A stretch of 64,000 nucleotides of DNA, taken from assembly GCA_002269645.1 (NCBI GenBank), contig NIVC01000319.1, forward strand, positions 613,871 through 677,870. The letters run 5' to 3'. Both the position numbers and the translations under genes were made by a program. The DNA is from Macrostomum lignano. Lineage: Eukaryota. Position 1 is the first letter of the stretch; every line of letters starts with the position of its first letter. Positions 27,701 to 39,367 of this stretch are shown here, in pieces. The notes below the pieces were generated by a model. The model was given only the letters and a program-made list of their open reading frames with translations. It was not told where the DNA came from and did not search any database.

Positions 27701-29459
27701 GAGTTTCTGCGAGACTCCAGAGATGGGCATTGCTGCTCAGATCCTATGACTACACTGTCACTTACTCAAAAGGAGACACCATGCTCGCAGCAGATACTCT
27801 GTCCAGAATTCCTTCAACAAACGCTTCTACTTCGTTTTCAAATTTTGATGTCAATCTGCTGGAGGTAAACTCTCTCGTAGAATTTTCTTCTTCTGGGACA
27901 ATTCTTCGGCGTGTCGCCAACACCAGAGACCCTGAAATTGATACTATCAAGAAGTTTGTTACTCAAGGTTGGCCAAGCTACATTTCTAAACAGCTGCTTC
28001 CGTACACCAAATCCAAGGCGGAATACTCCATTCAAAACGGGATTCTGTTCAAAGGGGTCCGAATCGTGCCTCCAAAGTCCATGCGCAGAGAAATTCTTCA
28101 AATTCTTCACGAGAATCATCCGGGCATTGTGCGCATGATCATACTAGCTCGAGAGTACTTCTGGTGGCCTTACATTGACGCCCAGATCAATAGCTTCGTT
28201 CAAAGGTGTCCTTCCTGCCAACTAAATTCGAGAAAGCGAACAAATGCAAATCTGCATTCATGGGAGGATTCAAAGTTCTTCTTCGAACGTGTTCATCTGG
28301 ACATAGCATACTTCAAGGAGAAACACTTCTTGGTTCTCATCGACTCCTTCTCTCGGTGGATTGATGTACATCAGCTGTCAAATCTGACAGCCAACTCTCT
28401 TATTCCAGCATGCAGACGAACATTTAAGTACATGGGACTTCTAACGTGCATTGTGACTGACAATGGAACCAATTTTCGATCAAAAGAGTTCGCAGAATTT
28501 CTCAAGAAGAATCTAATTAACCATGTCCTAACACCACCTGGTCATCACCAGTCAAATGGGATTGTGGAGAGAGCTATCCAAGAGTTGAAAGTGACTCTGA
28601 AGCAGAACAGTAATGACATAGGTTCCGAATGTGAGAAGGTGTTGATATCATTCTGCCTTTCGAAGAACACTACACCGAATTCCGAAGGAGCGATTCCTGC
28701 TGCACAACTGTTAATGCAACGCCCAAGAACGCGCCTCACTGCAACCTTTACAGAATGGGACAAACCGCTAACTACCCCAATTCCTGTCTACATCAACGTA
28801 GAAGGAAAGTCAGACAAGGTCCCAGAAGAAATCCAAGGACTTCATGGATCAAATACCTACTTGGAAAGCAAAGGACGGGTTGTCCATGCATCTGATGCAA
28901 CGCCAAGGACTACAGAGAACTCACAAGAGATTACCTCGCCTAGACCTGCCCATGTTGGCAGCAGCAAGGAGAAGGAAGTGGAGACTACGACTCCTGCTGA
29001 AGTGGAGACAACCAGCGATCAAAGTCCCGAGTACCAAGTTTCTCGTCGAAGTCAGAGGCTCCGAAAAGCCCCTGATTGGCTGACCTATTTCTGATTTATT
29101 TGATCGTTAGACAAAATAGAAAACAGTCATTTATTTCTCTCCAGGTTAATTGCTAAAATGTGGGGGTGTTGTGTATGAACTTAAGTTCTATGGTTTATGG
29201 GTGAAGCCTTATTCATATTTTAAGTATAGCAGCCAGCTACTTCGCTGCTGAAAATATACGCGCTGCATGCATCTACGATCTCTTCCTAACTCGGCACCTT
29301 GCATTCGTCTTCGTTACTACGAAAAGTACAACAGCACAATGAAAAATGACAATAAAGAACACTATTACCGGTCTTCCGTTTCGTTGTCGCCGCGCCGCAG
29401 AAGCCAGCCAGAGCGACGCTCAGAACAACTACAAGTAGAGCCAGTCGAGTCAGAGGCAT
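24746..29459 (-). CDS. Small secreted single-WSC-domain protein, 123 aa; exons 29459-29369 and 25026-24746
   Basis: Signal-peptide-like [23 protein letters not shown]; WSC pattern LGCFVD..YCVSLC..GYRFAG..WCHCGN..EC..C.GD..CG..VY; phase-1 g|gtaata and cacag|gc give 372 nt in frame. Confidence 0.85.
25068..29333 (+). mobile_element. Full-length Ty3/Gypsy LTR retrotransposon (Mag-like), 4266 bp, inside the WSC intron
   Basis: 167-bp LTRs 25068-25234 and 29167-29333 (TG..CA, one mismatch seen); PBS TGGCGACGAGG at 25235; G-rich tract before the 3' LTR; TSD gcact/gcaca. Confidence 0.95.
25297..29094 (+). pseudogene. Gypsy gag-pol: gag, two CCHC knuckles, protease, RT, RNase H, integrase; broken
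   Basis: [20 protein letters not shown]; VDSGS; LDLEDAF, FG...AP..FQ, YQDD; CDAS, ERE, SDH.PL; HPG..CPSC, TDNG, NGIVER; frameshifts near 25920 and 26125; TGA at 26758. Confidence 0.9.
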
Positions 29460-29572
29460 GTCGCAGGTTGTGCCTTTTTGGTAGAAAAGTTCTGCTTTAA
29501 TTTTCGATAGATCGCGCAGCTTTGAGTCTCTTCTACTAGTCGAACTCTGACGATCTCGAAAATTTAGTTTTA

Positions 29573-30526
29573 CGAGGGGCATTCAAAAAGTTTTGGCAAC
29601 TGCATATGCAGATATACTTTGGTTCAAGCAAAATGCACTAAATTTTAGGAATGTCTTTAGTAACATGCCTGATACCAACGTATAAACTTTCAGCTCAATA
29701 GCTTCACCCGTTATTGCACAATTCACAGCTAACCATAACTAAGTTTCAGCTTCTGACATAATATGGAAAATATCAGCTCAGAAAATGCGCGCTTCTACAT
29801 CTTCATACGCGTACAACTTGGAGAAAATGCCACCAAAATTCATGCCGACTTAGCACAGGTGATAGGGGATCAAGCTCCATCTTATAGAACTGTTGCGCGA
29901 TGGATTGAGGCTTTTGGCGCCGGCAGGAGCAGCCTCAGTGACAACCCTCGATCTGGGAGGCCGAGCACAGCCGTGACCAAGAGCAACATTGACACTGTGC
30001 AATCGCTGGTGGCTGAGGACCCAAACATTTCTGTTGCCATACTGAGCCAGACACTTGGCATATCTGATAGCAGCGTTTTCACCATCCTGCATGATCAGCT
30101 GGGTCTCAGAAAAATCACAGCTCGTTGGGTGCCACATCAGCTCACTGAGGAGCAGCGCCAGGAGCGGGTTCGCTGCAGTCAGGAGTTCTTGCGCTGCTTT
30201 GGTTCTGGCGGCACCAAGCGCCTCTCTGACATCGTCACATCGGACTTAGCTCCGTGCGACTTCTGGGCCTTCCCGAAATTGACGGAGAGGCTGGCTGGGC
30301 GCCGATTTCAGAGGCCGCAAGACCTGGCCCGCGCTATCAATTCAGAGTTGAGGGCATTCACTGAATCGGAGTACCGTGGCGCCTTTGATTCGTGGATACG
30401 GAGGCATCAGAAGTGCATAGAGCGCGGCGGAGACTACATAGAAGGACTGTAAACCCTTACTTTTAGAATAATAAGCTTCCACTAGATTTTAGTCGCCTGT
30501 TGCCAAAACTTTTTGAATGCCCCTCG
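29573..30526 (+). mobile_element. Internally deleted mariner element (irritans-like TIR), 954 bp
   Basis: Perfect 28-bp TIR CGAGGGGCATTCAAAAAGTTTTGGCAAC; TA TSD on both sides. Confidence 0.95.
29763..30452 (+). CDS. Mariner transposase derivative, 229 aa, catalytic core deleted in frame
   Basis: HTH region, RSGRP and WVPHQL intact; IVT fused directly to SDLAPCDF, so the first two catalytic Asp motifs are missing. Confidence 0.85.
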   Translation: MENISSENARFYIFIRVQLGENATKIHADLAQVIGDQAPSYRTVARWIEAFGAGRSSLSDNPRSGRPSTAVTKSNIDTVQSLVAEDPNISVAILSQTLGISDSSVFTILHDQLGLRKITARWVPHQLTEEQRQERVRCSQEFLRCFGSGGTKRLSDIVTSDLAPCDFWAFPKLTERLAGRRFQRPQDLARAINSELRAFTESEYRGAFDSWIRRHQKCIERGGDYIEGL

Positions 30527-31111
30527 TATATAGTGCTTTCCTGCTTCGCTACTTACTCTCTAGCTAAAACTTTTCTTTTTTCTTTAGGAATTTCATGGTG
30601 TCAGCAGAAATTTCTTGTAGCTCTGACTCAATGAAAGAATTTATTGAAAAAAAAAATTTGCAGGAAAAGTTTTAATTAGAATATGGTCCTTGATAGAAAA
30701 ATTATTTAAAACTTTTTATGCAGTAATGCTTTGAATTTAATTAAATTACGGGCTCGTACGTAGTGGTTACACTCTACGCAGCCTTCTTGGGTTAATAAAT
30801 GAATCAAATCAACTGTTTCTCTCGGAGTAATTCTTCCTGCTTGCATGATTCAGCATTTGATATGCGAGGACGGTCCAAGTCTTGGTTGCAAAAGTGCACC
30901 AGGTATTCAATAGTACCAGGCACCGATGCAAAATTCATCGATCGCGTTGGTCGCCAGCGGTTTGCGCAGCTAAATAAGACTGCTTGTGTGTCACCTCAAG
31001 TTTCCATCCTAATTCTCGGAATGCTACTCAGCAAGCAAAAGCTGAGGACACGACCCCGATAATGTACAAGTAAGCTATATAAACCCTTGTAAAATCAAAA
31101 TGCCTCACTTG

Positions 31112-31227
31112 CATTTGCTTGCCTCCCTCTTTGCCTCTCTCGCGGTTTGGCCTTGTGTGACGACTTCCCTCCCATTTGCTTGCCTCCCTCTTTGCCTCTC
31201 TCGCGGTTTGGCCTTGTGTGACGACTT
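31112..31227. repeat. Two-copy tandem duplication, 61-bp period
   Basis: catttgcttgcctccctctttgcctctctcgcggtttggccttgtgtgacgactt at 31112 and 31173. Confidence 0.8.
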
Positions 31228-33884
31228 GCATCGGTAGCTCTGTTGGGCAGTAGTGTAGTGTGTACCTCTGCTTTACGTAACCTATTGCACGTTCTGTCTC
31301 TATCGTTGACAAAGTCAATAGCCGTGCGCACTCCATCTCTCTCAGTAGCATGTAGTTACTGCGATAGTGCGAGCTAAAGTATGTACGCTCGTACAAGCAA
31401 CTGAGCATCGGTTTACGCTCCTATAATTGCTTTAGCCCGCCAAATATTTAGTTGACTCTGCTAAACATTGTCTCACTAGTTCGCCTTGTTCGGCAACCCA
31501 ACGAGAAAACCGTGCGAGCATCGCTCCACGTGTTAGATCGAACGAAGCATTAGAGTAATCCTGAAATAACTACATGTAGAGGCTTCTTGCGTGTGTTTAG
31601 TGGAACTTTTATTTTCTGCTTTCTCTATATTGGATGCTTCTTGTACCTTAAGTTAAAAGGTCGATGACCGAATTCGAGGAAGATTCTATACTGCAGAAAA
31701 TTTGGCGGCAAGTAGTCGGCTGGGACGAAGTATTGGAACAGCATATTAGCAAAAAAGTGGAGCATTGGATTGCTTAGATTGGGAGCTTGACACTTCTAGA
31801 GGTTACTTAGCTATCGATGGAAGACGTGACTGCCATGACCAGAGGCCACTGGAGGCAACCGATTGGTTTAAAGTATACATGTCTATGTCTGTTAAGAGCT
31901 CGATGTACCAATATGGGTCTTGATCCCATCTCATTTGGACCTTTCTTTCCCAGCAGTTTACATGACTCATCACCTGCAAATATTTTAGTGAAAGTACATT
32001 GATCATCAGTTACATTTTCACTCAGCGTATCCTAACTTGTACCTATAGAAACTGATACGTGTGTCCTTAATTTTTACCTTACCCGTTTCCTGCTTGATAT
32101 CGAGACACTTGAATTTTTCTTTATTCTTGTCATACGGAGGCTGGACACTCCGGGTTAAGCTAAATTAGTTTAAAACTAAAAGGGCACCAATGCCTCTGAG
32201 CCTTTTTCTCCAGTCCGTATATTTCTATTTTGTTTTGAGCTGCAAGAAAACAAAGTGTCTAAAGAAGAGTATGAGATACCATGGACCATGACCATAGCCA
32301 CGATGGACTCTTGCGATGCCACAATTCTCTGCAATGCAATCAAGTTTGATGTTTGGAATCATCCTAGTCTTTTCAACTATCAAGTGCATGCGATCTAGCA
32401 TTGTGAAAATATACTGCTAAGTCACGAATATTGGATTTTAACTTTAGATTGCACGTGTTGTGTGCCGCTTCGATCCCTATTTCCCGGATAAGTGGCAGTG
32501 ATCCCTAACTGTGATATCGCCGCTTGACCGTCGCTCTTTAAATCCCTCCGACAACCCACCCTAAACCTCTGGATGATTCAATTTTTCTAGTGACCTCCTG
32601 AAGGAAAGGATCTAATGTGTCTGTGCGAGCGAATGGTTTTGCCTTTGTTGTCATGTAATGCTTGAGATGCTCCTATAATGATAGCTGCAGTTTAAAGGTT
32701 CTGTGTGTTCTGATTGTAAGATCGATAACTAGTTGGATCATATCTCTATAATTCGTGTTGTGTATCTATGCGAGGTAGACTGTATATAATATTCTGTGAA
32801 CCTTCTCTGAGCTAAATGAATGTCTTCATTGGAATGCTCAAACTATTTCCGTTGGATTAAACGTTCCAAGTCTTCCTATTCCAGTCTGTTTTGGGGATAT
32901 CTTATGTCTTACCTGTGATTGTCTGATATTTGTAAGCTAAAAAATGGCCCTTTTCTTGATATTCTCTTTGTTGATTGCTTTAGGATTTCTAAATCCTACA
33001 TGGATGCGGTGTCGTTTTTTATGTCCTCCCCTCACTGCAGCTACGCAGTGCGCGGTGCGTGTGGCATTTTGCATCGGCCCAGCCCAGCAATTCTTTCTAC
33101 CCTCTTGACCGTCTGCCGCCATGGCCAACTCCCTCTTGCACTGTACTATAAATATACACGATCTTGTAGCCCAAAGAGGCACTGTTGGCTTTAGATCTAG
33201 AATGTAACGTCGAAAAAAGCATCTCCTCCGGTATTGTCGTTTTTTCCACCGCTGTCTGAAGGCAGAAGATAACCGGTGTTTTGAACATCATAAAACATTG
33301 CGTTATATCTGGTTTCCTGAGAGTGAGTCACCCAGTTCCGCCAACTCGACTATGGGTGATTGCAACGAGCCGTTTCCATCTCTAGACGACAACTCCTGCC
33401 ACAGCAGACGGTGGTCATCGACGTGATCGGAGCCGGAGATGCGAAGCAACTGGTACGGTGTGTAGTGTGTCACGGAAAGACCTGAAACAATCGAGTACCT
33501 GCATGTGCGTATATAGATTCATCTAAATCAGGTCGAAGGTAATAATCGAGTCCAGCGGTTCGTCTCAGTACAATTTTGCATTCAGTTCAAGTCAAGCAAC
33601 GCAGAATCTCAAGTTACATGGACATTTTTAGACCATTTTTAGTATTATGGATTTTATTCTTAGGGCGCATTCTGATTCTGATCACTGATCTCAAGGAATA
33701 CATTGACGTCGACGAATTAAAACTGTTACGACTTACAGTGCTCTCAAACTCGACCGACTTGATTATTCAAGAAGAGAACCCCGCACGCCGTTGGAACCCG
33801 CCACAGTAAGTGATCACTGAATTCTGTACCCAGACTTGCGGTCTGGAAGTGGGAGTTCGTGCGCTTAGACACTAGACCTAATTC

Positions 33885-33915
<31 letters not shown>

Positions 33916-33939
33916 TGTTGTTGATTTGAGTCAACAAAA

Positions 33940-33971
<32 letters not shown>

Positions 33972-33972
33972 C
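33885..33972. repeat. (TC)n and (AAC)n microsatellites
   Basis: Read directly. Confidence 0.9.
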
Positions 33973-33989
33973 TGTGCCGAACTCTGTGC

Positions 33990-34630
33990 CGAGCTCCAAA
34001 CTCTGTGCCGAAAAGAAAGCCGAATTCTGGAAGGAGTACAACAACAAAATGTCCGACTCTGTTGACCCAAAACAAGTCTGGAGGACCGTCAAGCCTCAGC
34101 AACGGCAAACAACAAGCTCCTCCCAACGAATCTCTCATTGTTGATGGTCGAGAACTGCGCACCGACAAGAAAAAGGCCAACGCTTTTGGCTGCTATTACG
34201 AAAACATCAGCACTCTGAAACACTCGGTGGCGGACCGCAAGGTCAAAGTGGCCACGTCCCGTCGCCTGGCCCACTACTCCACCGACGACGACCTTTATTG
34301 CCGTGACTTTACCCTGGTGAGCTGAAACGGGCCATTGGCAAACTTGACCCCAGAAAAAATGCGGTCCCGACGATCATCGAAGCTGCCTTCTTCATCCACC
34401 TGCCGGACTCTTGGACGACGGCCTGGTTGGCCGTCTTCAACCGTTGCTGGCGTACCGGACACTGCCCTGGAGTCAAGAAAAAGGCCGTTATCGTCCCCCT
34501 GCTAAAAGACGGAAAGGACCCCAAAGACCGCGGCAGCTACAGGCCTGTCAGCCTCACCTCCATCTGCGGGAAGATCCTCGAACGGCTTATCCTCGATCGC
34601 CTCTATCGCTGGCTCGAGCTCCACAATATG
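33990..34630 (+). mobile_element. Non-LTR retrotransposon fragment (linker and start of RT), frameshifted
   Basis: KKAEFWKEY, KANAF, AVIVPLLKDGKDP..SYRPVSLTSICGKILERLI; stops before the RT core. Confidence 0.75.
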
Positions 34631-34699
34631 AAATAATGTTTTTGCAATGATGCAATTGTACCTTATCAATATGATATTTAAATAATGATTCGTGAGTCC

Positions 34700-36600
34700 A
34701 TAACTGTCAATGCTATGCCCTTTTGACATTTTGTTATGATCTTTGTTTACTTCAAAAAGCGACTATTTCATGTTCATCCAAACCGTGACTGAAGCTTGAA
34801 GCTGTACGTACATGTACGTTTGGAATGCAGTAATCTGCAGTGGGGAAAATTAAAGCTTTTCAAGGATCGCCAATCAGATGTTAGAAGTTCTTGCACATCA
34901 GTTTAAGCACAAATATTGATAGTTTGATGCATACATTTTTCAGGTAAGATTTGGATTTTCAATATATTGAAAGGATTACTACTACGTTTGTTTTAATGAA
35001 ATAAGGTCGATTTAAACTAATCATACTGGTCTATAAGCAGTTCTCCTGGTAGGACTCTACGGAAACTTAATAGTAATATATTTTTAAGTTTTATTTTCTC
35101 AAAACAATCTTACTCTTATTTCAAATCTGGAACTGAAAGCGTGCATATGAACGCCCATCTTAATTTAACTTCATCTAAATGTGTGTGAAGTGTGAATTAA
35201 ATCTAAATGCAAAAGGTTGGATCGATAAATTCAGACGGAACGGTAGCTGGTAACCCAATTACCTCCATGGTCATGCTTACGAGTTTTAAATGAAAATTAG
35301 TTACAAGTCATAATCTTCTTGTTTTCATATCACTATTAGATTTTTTTACCACTATTGAAACGTACAAATAATTTTTAAAGCTAGATAATAGAATTTTCTT
35401 GGATCCATTGCTTATTCAGTTATTCACTCCAGTTTCTTTTCCAAGGAGCAATGAACATGTAGTGATAAATTTTTCATTGCTGGAAGAGAGGTTAGACATA
35501 CTCGTACATTTAGTTTCATAAAACTTCCTCATCATTCAAGTTTCTAGTTATGAGTGGTACTTTTCAGCATCCATCCATTAATTGACAATTGGCATTAGTA
35601 ATAGTACTAATAGTACTGATACTGAGACTCAGAGTCTAAAGAGTAATAATAAGTTCATAATGACACATTGTCACTGATGTCAGTTGTTGAATTGAGTGCT
35701 TTATGAGGCATATATAGTTTAAATTATATAAAATACAATCTATTGGTTTTTTAATAAAATATTGAATAGAAAATAATATGCAATAAACTAGCCTTTAAGT
35801 AAGACCTAATGATAGTAAATTAGTCTTTCTTAGAGCAGAATATTTTTTGGTTCATGAGACTAACATCCATCAATATTAATTAACTTAGCCTAGGACATTT
35901 TTTAAATCAGTCTGTATGGAAAAGAGATTTTCACATAGAATATCTTTTTAGTGTCATATTTTACTTGTACATGGTGATAGGGGTATAAATATTTGATAGA
36001 TAGGAAGACATCCCAATTTTAAAGGTTTTTTGACATTGTTTTTAACAAAAATCATGACTGCAATCATGTTTGCAATTTTTATCACTTAGAGCTCTTATTG
36101 ACCCAACTAGAAATAATCAGAGCAATTATATAGAAAGGTACCCTATGTTTATATGTTAAAAGCCATTATATAATATAGCTTTTGAGGGGGCACTGGGCAC
36201 AGGGCAAGGGGGGGGGCACAGTTACCTATATAACTGCTAATTAGAACCTTAAATCAGAAAAAAATTACCACGTGGACTCATTTTCTAGGGGCACATGCCC
36301 CTGGTGCCGCAAGCTCGCCGCCATGGTTGCAAGTCATAAAGCTCTTTTTTGATTTCTACTGGTTTAGCTACACTCGTAAAACCAATGATAAGTTTGCAAT
36401 TTATCTTATTAGTTAGTTTCAAATGACAATGTGAAAATTTTAGCAAACTTTTATATTATTTTGTTCTTATTGCATTACTGGAACTGGAATAGGTTCCCCC
36501 AGCACCCCTTAACACAGTACAGTAGAGTCAAATCACAGAGTGAAGCTTACGAGTATGGCAGTGATGACGTGGAGATCAGACACAATAATTAGTGATCTTT
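34700..36600. other. Second AT-rich non-coding block, CpG-poor in its distal part
   Basis: Composition like 1-3380; no ORF; abuts an orphan F-box/LRR last exon. Confidence 0.5.
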
Positions 36601-36657
36601 TTTTGATGAGTTTTCAATGCATAAAATTTTAGTATCCAAGAGAACTAAAAAATACAG

Positions 36658-37109
36658 GATAACAGCCTGGACTTGTGCGATAACGACCTGCTGCCGGCTC
36701 TTTTCGCCCAGCTGCCCCGCCTGCGCTGCCTCCGCCTCACTAACTGCAGCCGCCTGACCGCCAGGCCTGAGCGAATCTGCGAGACCTGCAGAGACTCGCC
36801 GCCTCGCCGCTGCCCGACCTGCTCGAGCTCGTGTTTACAATTGCAGCGATTCCAGCATCCAGCCTCACTGATGAGGCGGTGGCAGACCTGTGTGCCAGTC
36901 CGGTCGCCAGGGGCCTGCGGTGGCTCAGTCTGCACCCGTGCAACCAGCTGACCGCCGCCTCTCTCTCCAGCATCGCCAGCGGCTGTCCGTGGCTGTCCGG
37001 GCTGTGCCTCTGGAAGTGCCGGCGCATCGGTCCGGCGGACCGCGATGCCATTAACTCGGCCTATGCGAACTGTGTCAGGGTAGTTCTGTCGCTCTCCTGC
37101 CCTGATTGA
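36658..37109 (+). pseudogene. F-box/LRR unit 0: orphan last exon, frameshifted
   Basis: DLLPALFAQLPRLRCLRL..SSLTDEAVADLCASPVARGL..SGCPWL as in paralogs; indels near 36760 and 36840; no upstream exons found. Confidence 0.8.
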
Positions 37110-38590
37110 GCGCTTCGGCACCGCCAAAGTATGAATATAGACATTCATTCTCTTCAATGAATGCTTACTGCCATTTTTAACGGAAATTTTGTGTTTATTG
37201 ACTTCGATCCCGCCACAGGGAACCACTAATGACGCTTTGCAAGTTGACCTCGGTTTGTAAGCGGCGCACACTAACACAACAGTGCCAGTTTTGTAGAAGC
37301 TGTAGGCCTTAGATTCAACTTTTTATATTTTATTTTTTATTATTAGCTGTACTCTGTCTGTTTATTGTGACATTTCACACGTTTTGTGATAAACCTTTAC
37401 TTTTATTCAGTGTTCTACTAGCACGTTACTCGTGCAGAAGTTATTGTTTGTTTTACTCTTGATCTATTTTTGGCCTTAAAGTCTCTAAATTAGTACCAAC
37501 CAATGAAAATGCGACTCCAGTCTCAGCCAATAGGAAGCAGTGGTGTACAAAATAACCATCTCCCAGTTCGATAGAATGAAAAATTTGTATATCTGGATAA
37601 TAAACAAACACTTGCTAAGCCAAGCAGGAAGCTTCGCTCACTTTCCTCGCCCTCTTGCCGTCGCTCGCTCTTGCACATTTACCGGGTCGGACTGTTGGTA
37701 GCAGAACCTCAGAGTGAACCCAAAATACTCACAAGCTTGGAAGCTTCTTACCTGGAGTGCCTTCTTATATTACACTTTTTTGTCATTCAACGCGACTAAG
37801 ATTGAAATTAGCAAACACAGCGGACTGTGAGTAACTAGCCATATGATTGGATCGTCATTTGAATCCAATATTTCACTCCACTTGTATGCATTTCAATTGC
37901 AGCACCTTCAGCTCAACGAAGGAGACTGCTTTATCGAGTGGCTGCCGGATGAGCTGCTCACGCAGATCCTGTCCGAGCTGGACCAGACCAGCCTCGGCCG
38001 GTGCGCTCAGCTGAGCAGGCGCTGGCAGCGACTCGCCACGCAGCCGCGGCTGTGGCGCAAAATCCGCATCGGCTGCCGGAACCCCGGCATGACCCCCGGT
38101 CTGGCGCTCTGCCTGTCCGCCCAGCTGGCCGGCGCAGTGCTGGAGCTGCACGCGGACCGGCTGGCTGCTGACGAGCTCGTGCACCTGCTCAGCGGCTCGC
38201 CCGACTTGCAGAGCCTCACCATTGATGGCATCAGCGGCCCTCCCGGATCCGAGAGCCCGCTGGTGACGCTCAGTCGCTGCTGCCGCCGCCTACGGAGCCT
38301 CCGCCTGCTCCGCTGCGGCGGCCTGCTGTCAGCGCACTCGCTGGCGCAGCTGGGGGCCGGCTGTCCGCATCTGGCGCACCTGGCTCTGGATTTCTCTTCC
38401 TGCGCCAGCCTCGGGCTCCAGGGAAGAGTTCTCAACGCTGGCCTGCGGCCTGGAGTCCCTAAGCTGGCCTTCTTCAGTGCTCATGCTGAGCAGACAGTTG
38501 AGCACCTGGCCTTGACAATACCCGTCTGCAAGCGCTTGAGCCGCTTGAGCATCGGCTGCAGCCGAGAGTCAGGTAAGTCTCTCACTGAGG

Positions 38591-39202
38591 TGTGAGCATC
38601 GTCCAAATGGAAACCCCAGCTCGCCAGGCGGCTTATTACGGCTGTCGGTTGGCATGCAAACAGAAGACACCGCGATTTTGTTAGACAATTTCTCTTCCCA
38701 GTGGCTCAGAGAGCTGTGCAACCAGCTGGGATAGGGGCCACCTAGCTGGAAGCCGCACAAGTCCCTCCTGATGCTGCGAGAGCTCACAGTTGTGAAGAGA
38801 AAGAGGGACTCGCCCTCTTTGCAGACAGAACTTTGGTCGCCAAACAGTCCACGGTCCACTGGCCACAACACTAAATTTAACTGAATTTTACTGCACGGTC
38901 ACACGAGAGCGAGAGAGACCAAGAGCGGAAAGGCCCGCGCTTTAAATAGCAGAGGGGAAGAGGGGGGAAACGGGCAAGCCAGCGGACAGCCGCGACACCC
39001 CACCTCGCTGGCCAGCCAATCACGTGCCGCCGCGGCACAGGGCAGATAAGAAACTGAGGGCTGGGCTGGGCGCAAGACCAACTAGGGAGAGGAGTGGCCA
39101 GGCCAGAGTGAGGCTCAAGCCCCCCAAACCCCGGTCTGACCCTCGGGCCAACCAGAGCGAGGTAGAAAGGAAGGGAGCAAGTGGACACAGCATACCACAA
39201 CA
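38591..39202 (-). mobile_element. Solo-LTR-like repeat in unit A intron 1
   Basis: Minus strand begins TGTTGTG and ends CA; CCAAT box and TATTTAAA; diverged copy at 60294-60769; no TSD found. Confidence 0.5.
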
Positions 39203-39367
39203 TTTAGTTATTCGAATAAACGCCCAAATATAGCCAAGGTAGCGCAAAACACAGAAATGGCTTCTCTTGTTAACTTATTTTGATGAACGGAATTTACAGC
39301 AGCCCTTGAATTTTGTGCAGAGCAGCCTGATTTTCCATATCCGGCCCTGTTCACTCCGCAGTGCTGC

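Noticed and set aside
31450-33860. Degenerate LINE endonuclease or PHD region
   Set aside because: Only vague motif resemblance with many stops; needs a translated HMM search
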